Assembly (NCBI GenBank): GCA_951406725.2
Contig: OX597839.1
Location: 12,834,001-12,898,000 of the forward strand
Length of the DNA stretch: 64,000 bases
DNA from: Octopus vulgaris
Taxonomy: Eukaryota
Direction: 5' to 3'
The first letter of the stretch is position 1, and each line of letters opens with the position of its first letter. Below, piece after piece: positions 38,401-64,000 of this stretch. The translations under genes and the position numbers were made by a program. Under the pieces are notes generated by a model. That model did not search any database, was not told the DNA's origin, and saw only the letters and a list, made by a program, of their open reading frames with translations.

Positions 38401-41400
38401 CCTAAGATGTACAGAAAATAGATTCCATCACATGCCAGGGGGAAAAACTAGAAATAGTTGATAGCTTCTGTTACCTAGTTGACCAAGTCAGTAGTTGGGG
38501 TGGATGCTCTGAGAGTGTAGCTGCTACAATAAGAATAGCCTGGGCAAAGTTCAGAGAGTTCCTACATCTGCTGGTAACAAAGAGCCTCTTGCTCAGAGTG
38601 AAAGGTAGACTGTATGATGCATGTGTGTGACCAACCATGTTATACAGGGCTGTGACTGTTGAGGACATGCACAGGCTTGAAAGAAATGAAGCTAGTATGC
38701 TCTGCTGGATGTGTAATGTCAGTGTGCATACATGACAGAGTGTAAGCGCTCTGAGAAAAAAGTTGGACATAAAAAGCATGAGATGTGGTGTGCAAGAGAG
38801 ACAACTGTGCTGGTATGGTCATGTGTTGCATATGGATGCGGAGGGCTGCATGAAGAAGAGTCACACCCTAACTGTGGAAGAGGTAGACCCAGGAAGACAT
38901 GGGATGAAGTGGTGAAGCATGACCTTTGAATGTTGGGCCTTACAGGGTCAATGACAAGTAACCGAGACTTTTGGTGATATGCTGTGCTTGAGAAGATCTG
39001 GCAAGCTTGTGAGATCATAACCATGGCCAATGCCAGTGTTGTACAACCAGCCTGTTTAAAAGTACCCTTTATTCGTCAGGCAATATACTGTGCTTGTAAA
39101 GATTTGTTGAAAGACGTGAAATTGTTGCCGTGACAGATGCCAGTGCCTCCTGACTAGCACCCGTGCCAATGGCATGTAAAAGACATCCTCTACACTCTTT
39201 GAGTGGTTGATGTTAGGAAGGGTATCCAACTGTAGAAACCTTGCCAGAATAGAGTGGAGCCTGGTGCAGTCTCCCGGCTTGCCAGTCTTCAGTCAAACCA
39301 TCCAACCCATACTAGCATAGAAAATGGACGTTAAGCGATGATGATGATGATATATATAAGCATAAACATACATATAAAGGTCTTCTTTCAGTTTCCATCT
39401 ACCAAATCTACTCACAAGGATTTGGTTGGTCCTATGTTATAGTAGAAGTCTATATTAATATAAATACATACACACAAACACACACACACATATACATATA
39501 TATATGTATGTATGTATATATATGTGTGTATATATATAGATATATATGTATATGTATGTATATATATATGTGTGCATATTTATATATATGTGTGCATATT
39601 TATATATATGTGTGTGTGTATATATACACACACGCATATATATATATATCATCAACATCATTCAACATCCACTCTCCATGCTGGCACGGGTTAGACAGTT
39701 TGATTGGAGTTGATATGCTGGAGAGCTGCAAGAGGTTCCACTTTGATTTGGCATGGCGTCTAAGGCTGGATGCCCTTCTTAATGCTAACCACTCCAGGAG
39801 TTTAATTGGTACTTTTATGTGCCACCACCACAGATGCTATTTACAGACACCAGCAACGATCACAATCACAATTCAGAGGTGCTATATACAGGTCACCAGC
39901 AACGATGGGTGCCATTCCACTTTGTTTTTTTGTAGTTTTTTGGTGGCCGAGTGTTAAAGTAAATATCAACCTTTTATATTTTTGGTATATATTTTAGCCT
40001 GTGTCCAGAAATCTGGAAAATCCAGAATTCTGGACCATCTCTGGTCACAAGATTGCTGGATATGAGGTTCAGTGCCTGTATATATATACGTGAGCAAATA
40101 GATATCTTTGTGAGTTTGTTGTACATTGGTATGTCCACTGATACTGACTGTCACTCGATCATGACCTTTATCAATATATTTGCTAGTATATTTATCTGAT
40201 TTTACAGATGCACATATCTCTACATTAAAATGACCTCCTTTTTTGACTAAAAAGAAGTGAGGAATATGGTACTACTGAACGATTATCTAATTCAATATTC
40301 GACTTTGTAAATGTAAAAACCATTATTTCGACATCGCTAAAGTGGATAGCCATTATACCTGTGTAATGTATTTTCCTGAAAGTCTTTAGGGAAATGTTCC
40401 TAACATTTCCCATCAACCATACATGTTGCATTGGATTTATCTCTCCCACATGAACCATCTAGCATGTTGTTGGTGACATGTCGAAACAGAATTGGCTGTG
40501 TTTGTGGATTGGAAGTTCTGCATAAACGAATTTATCATAATGTTCTGGATCTCTTTTTAATACGAACAACATATGACAATGGAGTAGCACATGCTTTTGA
40601 AACTCTATAGTCCACATGTACCCTGCAACCTCTCCCACATGTACCCTACAACCTCTTCCACATGTATTCTGTAATCTCTTCCACATGTACCCTACAACCT
40701 CTTCCACGTGTATTCTGTAACCTCTCCCACATGTACCCTGCAACCTCTCCCACATGTACCCTGCAACCTCTTCCACGTGTATTCTGTAACCTCTTCCACA
40801 TGTACCCTACAACTTCTCCCACATGTACCCTGCAACTTCTCCCACATGTACCCTGCAACCTCTCCCACATGTACCCTACAACCTCTTCCACGTGTATTCT
40901 GTAACCTCTTCCACATGTACCCTACAACTTCTCCCACATGTACTCTGCAACCTCTCCCACATGTACCCTGCAACCTCTCCCACATGCACCCTGCAACCTC
41001 TCCCACATGTACCCTGCAATCACTCCCACATGTTCTCTGCAACCTCTCCCAAAACATTCTTCTCCAAAACATCATGCAAGAGTTCCCAAACTTTCATATT
41101 AAATATTCTGACAGTTAACTCTGGTCTGTCTGCTAGTGTTTGTCCTGGATAAACTTCATCTGTGATACTGGTCGAGCGACAAAAATTCTGACACGAAATG
41201 AAAATTAAATTACGGCGATGTACTTACGTAGAAAGTAATTTGATCTGAGATCATATGCTGAAACAATATCAGTTGCAGCGTGGAAGATGATTATCAGCCA
41301 TTTAAGAAAATGAACAGGGAGAGAATGACAAAAATTTGTAGAGTTCAGCAGTCCAACATGGTGAACATATGTATGTATTTGTGTGTCTGTGTCCCCACCA

Positions 41401-41799
41401 CCATCGCTTGTCAACAGATGTTGGTGTGTTTACATCCCTGTAACTTAGCAGTTCGGCAAAAGAGTCTGATAGAATAAGTACTAGGCTTACAAAGAATAAC
41501 TCCTGGGGTTGATTTGTTCAACTAAAGGCAATGCTCCAGCATGGCTGCAGTGAACTGACTGAAACAGGTAAATGAATAATTGTGTGCATGCATGAGAGAG
41601 AGAGAAACTGATGACCTAAATACAATTATGTAATTGAAATCGTCTATTGTATCAGTGACTGCCACTACTACCCACTCCCACTCTGTCATTCACTTTTTTC
41701 CTCACCTGCGTGAACAGCTACATATATAAGCTATATATTGTGTTTCTTGTGCTGTAGCTTCTTGTTGAACGTCATTCACAGAAAATAGTTGGGACCACC

Positions 41800-56691
<14,892 letters not shown>

Positions 56692-57212
56692 GTAAGTATA
56701 AAATATACATTGCTTTAGATGTTTTGCTTCTATCATATCTTTATTTTTTACTTGCTTCAGCCATTATGTTGTTGCCATGCTGGAGCAGCACATCGAAAAA
56801 TTTTTAGTCGGATGAATCCAATACTTTCTTTTCTTTTTTTTTTTCTTTAAGCCCGGTGCTTATTCTATCAGTCACTTTTGCTGAACTGCTAAGTTACAGA
56901 GATGCAAACACACCAACCCTGGATGACAAGCAGTGGTGGAAACATGCACACACACGTGTGACAGGCTTCTTTCAGTTTCCATCTACCAAATCCACTCACA
57001 AGGTTTTGGTTGGGCTGGGGCTATAGTAGAAGACACTTGGCCAAGGTCCCATGCAGTGGGAATGAACCTGGAATCATGCAGTTGGGAAACAAATCTTCTT
57101 GCCACCCAGCCACCCCTACGCCTATCTAACTACAAAATAATGTTTAGTGAGTGATACGATACTTAATGTGATGAAGAAAAAATTTCAGTTAAAGTTGTTC
57201 TTGCTAGGAGGA

Positions 57213-57312
57213 NNNNNNNNNNNNNNNNNNNNNNNNNNNNNNNNNNNNNNNNNNNNNNNNNNNNNNNNNNNNNNNNNNNNNNNNNNNNNNNNNNNNNNNN
57301 NNNNNNNNNNNN
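57213..57312. other. Assembly gap (100 N); by homology ~9.5 kb (equivalent to 1471-10982, including exon 5 of B) is missing
   Basis: Left flank matches up to 1470, right flank resumes at 10983. Confidence 0.95.
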
Positions 57313-58759
57313 AAATGTAAAAACCATTATTTCGACATCGCTAAAGTGGATAGCCATTATACCTGTGTAATGTATTTTCCTGAAAGTCTTTAGGGAAATG
57401 TTCCTAACACTTCCCATCAACCATACATGTTGCATTGGATTTATCTCTCCCACATGAACCATCTAGCATGTTGTTGGTGACATGTCGAAACAGAATTGGC
57501 TGTGTTTGTGGATTGGAAGTTCTGCATAAACGAATTTATCATAATGTTCTGGATCTCTTTTTAATACGAACAACATATGACAATGGAGTAGCACATGCTT
57601 TTGAAACTCTATAGTCCACATGTACCCTGCAACCTCTCCCACATGTACCCTACAACCTCTTCCACATGTATTCTGTAATCTCTTCCACATGTACCCTACA
57701 ACCTCTTCCACATGTATTCTGTAACCTCTCCCACATGTACCCTGCAACCTCTCCCACATGTACCCTGCAACCTCTTCCACGTGTATTCTGTAACCTCTTC
57801 CACATGTACCCTACAACTTCTCCCACATGTACCCTGCAACCTCTCCCACATGTACCCTGCAACCTCTCCCACATGTACCCTACAACTTCTCCCACATGTA
57901 CTCTGCAACCTCTCCCACATGTACCCTGCAACCTCTCCCACATGCACCCTGCAACCTCTCCCACATGTACCCTGCAATCACTCCCACATGTTCTCTGCAA
58001 CCTCTCCCAAAACATTTTTCTCCAAAACATCATGCAAGAGTTCCCAAACTTTCATATTAAATATTCTGTCAGTTAACTCTGGTCTGTCTGCTAGTGTCTG
58101 TCCTGGATAAACTTCATCTGTGATACTGGTCGAGCGACAAAAATTCTGACACGAAATGAAAATTAAATTACGGCGATGTACTTACGTAGAAAGTAATTTG
58201 ATCTGAGATCATATGCTGAAACAATATCAGTTGCAGCGTGGAAGATGATTATCAGCCATTTAAGAAAATAAACAGGGAGAGAATGATAAAAATTTGTAGA
58301 GTTCAGCAGTCCAACATGGTGAACATATGTATGTATCTGTGTGTCTGTGTCCCCACCACCATCGCTTGTCAACAGATGTTGGTGTGTTTACATCCCTGTA
58401 ACTTAGCAGTTTGGCAAAAGAGTCTGATAGAATAAGTACTAGGCTTACAAAGAATAACTCCTGGGGTTGATTTGTTCAACTAAAGGCAATGCTCCAGCAT
58501 GGCTGCAGTGAACTGACTGAAACAGGTAAATGAATAATTGTGTGCATGCATGAGAGAGAGAGAAACTGATGACCTAAATACAATTATGTAATTGAAATCA
58601 TCTCTTGTATCAGTGACTGCCACTACTACCCACTCCCACTCTGTCATTCACTTTTTTTTCCTCACCTGCGTGAACAGCTACATATATAAGCTATATATTG
58701 TATTTCTTGTGCTGTAGCTTCTTGTTGAACGTCATTCACAGAAAATAGTTGGGACCACC

Positions 58760-58785
58760 ATGGATGAATCCAGAGAAATGCATCG
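58760..58785 (+). CDS. Exon 1 of a further A-type copy (A'); gene continues beyond the window
   Basis: Identical to 12338-12363; downstream intron matches A-specific sequence (62597-64000 vs 23804-25220). Confidence 0.7.
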
Positions 58786-58906
58786 GTTAGTTAACTTTTC
58801 AAATAAGTTTTAGTTTTAAATAACCTCATTCTTTTTGTTAGTTTATATTCTGTGCCTGTTAGATCTCTATCGAATCCTGAAACTTTCTTATCTTAAAATG
58901 AACTAT

Positions 58907-61130
58907 CTTAATACTGTACTGCCAACCAGGAAGTACCAGCACTCCATATAACTTATAACTTTTTGATTTTTTTGGAATTTTCTGAAAATTTTAGTGATCT
59001 TGTGTTCTATACATGGGAATTCATATGTGTTCTATACACAGGAATTCATATGTGTTCTATACACAGGAATCCAAATGATTATGAAAACTTAATACTGTAC
59101 TGCCAACCAGGAAGTACCAGCACTCCATAAAACCTCTTATAACTTTTTGATTTTTTGGAATTTTCAGAAAATTTTTGTGTGTTTGTGTTCTATACATAGG
59201 AATTCTTATGTTTATGAAAACTAAAACATTTGGTGTGTGCGTTTAAGGCAATATAACTTTATTTTAGCACAGCTCACTAATACCTCATATCTTCCTTGCA
59301 CTGACATTTATTGATGTTTTTCAACGTTTTTCTCCCCATAAACACATTTAATGGAATGATGATGCACTCAAGGGTGGTTAATTGCTGGAATTTATTAATA
59401 AGAAAAAAAAATTGAAAAAGATGGAACTTTTAGGAGTAGAGTTAAAAAAAATTAAGAAAAGAAAATTTTTTCTATACACAGGAATCCAAATGATTATGAA
59501 AACTTAATACTGTACTGCCAACCAGGAAGTACCAGCACTCCATAAAACCTCTTATAACTTTTTGATTTTTTGGAATTTTCAGAAAATTTTTGTGTGTTTG
59601 TGTTCTATACATAGGAATTCTTATGTTTATGAAAACTAAAACATTTGGTGTGTGCGTTTAAGGCAATATAACTTTATTTTAGCACAGCTCACTAATACCT
59701 CATATCTTCCTTGCACTGACATTTATTGATGTTTTTCAACGTTTTTCTCCCCATAAACACATTTAATGGAATGATGATGCACTCAAGGGTGGTTAATTGC
59801 TGGAATTTATTAATAAGAAAAAAAATTGAAAAAGATGGAACTTTTAGGAGTAGAGTTAAAAAAAATTAAGAAAAGAAAATTTTTTCTATACACAGGAATC
59901 CAAATGATTATGAAAACTTAATACTGTACTGCCAACCAGGAAGTACCAGCACTCCATAAAACCTCTTATAACTTTTTGATTTTTTGGAATTTTCAGAAAA
60001 TTTTTGTGTGTTTGTGTTCTATACATAGGAATTCTTATGTTTATGAAAACTAAAACATTTGGTATGTGCGTTTAAGGCAATATAACTTTATTTTAGCACA
60101 GCTCACTAATACCTCATATCTTCCTTGCACTGACATTTATTGATGTTTTTCAACGTTTTTCTCCCCATAAACACATTTAATGGAATGATGATGCACTCAA
60201 GGGTGGTTAATTGCTGGAATTTATTAATAAGAAAAAAAATTGAAAAAGATGGAACTTTTAGGAGTAGAGTTAAAAAAAATTAAGAAAAGAAAATTTTTTC
60301 TATACACAGGAATCCAAATGATTATGAAAACTTAATACTGTACTGCCAACCAGGAAGTACCAGCACTCCATAAAACCTCTTATAACTTTTTGATTTTTTG
60401 GAATTTTCAGAAAATTTTTGTGTGTTTGTGTTCTATACATAGGAATTCTTATGTTTATGAAAACTAAAACATTTGGTGTGTGCGTTTAAGGCAATATAAC
60501 TTTATTTTAGCACAGCTCACTAATACCTCATATCTTCCTTGCACTGACATTTATTGATGTTTTTCAACGTTTTTCTCCCCATAAACACATTTAATGGAAT
60601 GATGATGCACTCAAGGGTGGTTAATTGCTGGAATTTATTAATAAGAAAAAAAATTGAAAAAGATGGAACTTTTAGGAGTAGAGTTAAAAAAAATTAAGAA
60701 AAGAAAATTTTTTCTATACACAGGAATCCAAATGATTATGAAAACTTAATACTGTACTGCCAACCAGGAAGTACCAGCACTCCATAAAACCTCTTATAAC
60801 TTTTTGATTTTTTGGAATTTTCAGAAAATTTTTGTGTGTTTGTGTTCTATACATAGGAATTCTTATGTTTATGAAAACTAAAACATTTGGTGTGTGCGTT
60901 TAAGGCAATATAACTTTATTTTAGCACAGCTCACTAATACCTCATATCTTCCTTGCACTGACATTTATTGATGTTTTTCAACGTTTTTCTCCCCATAAAC
61001 ACATTTAATGGAATGATGATGCACTCAAGGGTGGTTAATTGCTGGAATTTATTAATAAGAAAAAAAATTGAAAAAGTTTCAACTTTTAGGAGTAGAGTTA
61101 AAAAAAATTAAGAAAAGAAAATTTTTTTAC
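58907..61130 (+). repeat. 414-bp repeat family, leader + 5 units (copy A' intron 1)
   Basis: Units at ~59088, 59503, 59917, 60331, 60745. Confidence 0.95.
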
Positions 61131-61646
61131 ATAATCATATATGGAGGCATGGCTGTGTGGTGAGAAGCATAGTTCGCAACCACATGGTTCTGGGTTCAGT
61201 CCCATTACATGGCACCTCAAGTAAGTGTTTTCTATTATATTCTCAGGCCAACCAAAGACTCAAGAATGGATTTGGTAGATGGAAACTGAAAGAAGCCCAC
61301 ATATATATGGCTATTTATATACATGTATATATAAATGTAGCCATGTGTGTGTGTCTTTATGTCTATGATTGTCCACCCGTCATCACTTGACAACTGGTAT
61401 TGGTGTGATTATGTCACTGTAACTTTGCAGTCCAGCAAAAGTGACTGATAGAATAAATGCCAGGCTTAAAAATAAGCACTGGAATTGATTTGTGACCCCT
61501 TCAAGGTGATACTGTAGTATGGGCTCAATCAAATGACTGAAACAACTAAAAAAAATAAGGAACAAATTCATCATTCCATTAAAAGTCCCATCATTATACG
61601 TTGGGGCCCACACTGTAAGCAGATGTATATATATATATATATATAT

Positions 61647-62268
61647 ATTATATAAAAGGGCTTAGTAAAATAAATTACTTCGCCGCATACTGAACTCATT
61701 AGAAATAGCAGCTAAAAAACTTTTTAAAGCTATTTCTAATACTTAAAGAAAATCTCTCTCATATATAGCGTTTGCCTAATTCAACTCACAAAAGTTTGGG
61801 GGTAAGGACATTAAAAAATCAAATGCTAAGGTTATTTGAGTACGTACGTTTCAAGATTAGTCAAAACAACACTTCTATCTTCAGCTCAGAAATTCCTTGG
61901 TTTGGATTTGGAAATCCAAACCAAGGAATTTCTGAGCTGAAGATAGAAGTGTTGTTTTGACTAATCTTGAAACGTACGTACTCAAATAACCTTAGCATTT
62001 GATTTTTTAATGTCCTTACCCCCAAACTTTTGTGAGTTGAATTAGGCAAACGCTATATATGAGAGAGATTTTCTTTAAGTATTAGAAATAGCTTTAAAAA
62101 AGTTTTTTAGCTGCTATTTCTAATGAGTTCAGTATGCGGCGAAGTAATTTATTTTACTAAGCCCTTTTATATAATGTAATAATTTGAATTCGCCTTAAAT
62201 GGTCCCTTTGCATACTGAACACTTGGTGAAATTGATTAATAATTAATTAATTTTACCCTCAATTGTTG

Positions 62269-62270
<2 letters not shown>
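61647..62270. mobile_element. Foldback insertion in (TA)n: ~530-bp near-perfect palindrome plus ~95-nt tail; probable non-coding PLE-derived element
   Basis: Arms 61647-61909 / 61912-62175 with a 2-nt loop and one homopolymer indel; absent at the homologous sites 23470-23505 and 43000-43030. Confidence 0.85.
61932..61985 (+). ncRNA. Minimal type I hammerhead ribozyme (mirror copy on - strand at 61836-61889)
   Basis: UGAG CUGAAGA U AGAAGU...ACUAAUCUU GAAA CGUACG UA CUCA: canonical core, palindromic stem III, GUA cleavage triplet, stem I UGAG/CUCA. Confidence 0.75.
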
Positions 62271-62300
<30 letters not shown>

Positions 62301-64000
62301 CAATAAGAAAATGGAGGGGATCAATAGGTGGTTCATCAACTTTTAGACACTATATTATAAATAAAGAAGTTAACATAACACAATGTGATGAACCACCTCT
62401 TGATCCCCTCTATTTTCTAATTGCTCTATAAATTAATGGTAAAATATCTCTTTACCTTCACCCATTTAGTACACTAGGTAAAGTAATTGCAATGCAATAA
62501 AAAACACTTGTGTATTAATAATTGGGTATTCTACCAACAGTATATTGGATAAATTTTATCCCTTAGTGGGTTGCATTCATAACCTCTAACTTTCTTGGAG
62601 TTGTGGCACATAAAAAGCACCATCCGATCGTGGCCGTTTGCCAGACTCGTCTGGCACCTGTGCCGGTGGCACGTAAAAAGCACCCACTACACTCATGGAG
62701 TGGTTGGTGTTAGGAAGGGCAACCAGCCGTAGAAACATTGCCAGATCAGACTGGGCCTGGTGCAGCCTTCTGGCTTCCCAGACCCCAGTTGCACCGTCCA
62801 ACCCATGCCAGCATGGAAAGCGGATGCTAAACGATGATGATGATGATGATGATGATATATATTTATATATATAGGGTATAAGTAGGGGCTCATCAAGGAT
62901 CATTCTTCAGCCCCCTCTTGTTTATCATAGTCCTTCAGGCAATAACAAAGGAATTTAGTACAGGCTGCCCCAGGGAGCCATGTTTGAGAAGACATTCCAA
63001 GAAAAGTGGAATCGTAGTTGTGGCTGATGCTGGTGTCATGTAACAGGCCCCTGTACCAGTGACATGTAAAAAGCACCCTTCACAAAGAGTGTTAATCTCT
63101 AACTGTGGAGGGAGCCTGTGGAAGAGGTTGACTAAGACCTTTTGTGATACACTGTTATTCAGAAAACTGAGACCTTTGGTGATATGCTATGCTTCAGAAG
63201 ACCTGTCAAGCCAAATGAAATCATAGCTGTGGCCAATGCCTATTTTTTACATTATATATATTGTTCTACTTTGCATAAAACTTTAGCTATATTGGTATTT
63301 CTGGCTCTCATTTTTTAAGTATTCTTGTGTGTCAATATTTTAACAAAATGATGGTGCCTTTTCGTAATTAATGTTACTTTGTAAATTAAAATCAAATAAT
63401 TCTTAATATTCAAATTTTAAATAAAAATTTTCTTCTTCTGTACTTTATCAGATGAAATAAGTTGTCCTGGACTTTTCCAGGTGTAATAACTTGTCCTGTA
63501 ATTTTCCACATTTATAATCTTAAGAATATTATTTCTCTTGCTCGCATTTTTCCATGTAATCCATGTTTTTTCCAGGCTATTCTATTATGCTAATTAATAA
63601 TGTGTCAAATGCATCAATTAGCAGTATTGTTGATAATTCTTGATAATTCTCATCGGAGCATGCTGGCTTCATTTCTTGCGAGGTTATGCATGTCCTCAGC
63701 AGTCACGGCCCATGTTTCACTGCTATGTAGCATGGCTGTTTGTACGCATGCGTCGCACAGTCTACCTTTTACTCTGAGTAAAAGGCCCTTTGTCACCAGC
63801 AGGGGTAAGAGCTCTCTGAACTTAGCTCAGTCTATTCTTATTCTAGTAGCTACACTTTCAACAAACCCTCCCCTGCTACTGACTTGGTCACCTAGGTAAT
63901 GGAAGCTATCAACTACTTCTAGTTTTTCTCCCTGGAATGTAGCAGAAGTTATTCTCTGCACATTTTCAATGTTATTTATAGCGCCTGAGCATCTGCCACA

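Noticed and set aside
56692-57312. Paralog B as a truncated pseudogene
   Set aside because: Missing exon 5 coincides with the N gap; the equivalent B' copy has an intact exon 5.
61772-62049. Two near-identical 62-aa ORFs on opposite strands
   Set aside because: A by-product of the palindrome.

Overview
AT-rich, repeat-dense eukaryotic DNA. The SINE families, (TA)n/(CAT)n microsatellites and RTE LINEs look like an octopus/cephalopod genome (inference from repeat recognition). The ORF track misses the real genes because they are spliced. Reading splice sites by hand reveals a head-to-tail tandem array of + strand 5-exon genes encoding IMD-like innate-immune adaptors. Each has an N-terminal region with repeated caspase-site/IAP-binding-motif (D|AVP-type) modules, a RHIM-like motif and a C-terminal death domain. 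Gene order: 3' end of a B-type copy (B', 874-2423), complete paralog A (12338-32786, 269 aa), paralog B (41800 to at least 56691, last exon lost in a 100-N gap), and the start of another A-type copy (A', 58760 onward). The A+B pair repeats with a period of about 55.7 kb. A and B have near-identical introns around exons 4-5 and exon 1, yet their death domains differ almost only at non-synonymous sites (15 vs 1 by hand count). They also have different RHIM cores (VAVG vs VIIG), and A lacks most P1-Asp residues in front of its IBM-like motifs. Introns and intergenic DNA carry a Penelope-like (GIY-YIG) element with inverted pLTRs, several hammerhead-ribozyme motifs, a ~530-bp near-perfect palindrome, three VNTR/satellite families with copy-specific lengths, and decayed Gypsy, Helitron, mariner, RTE, CR1, MITE and SINE copies.
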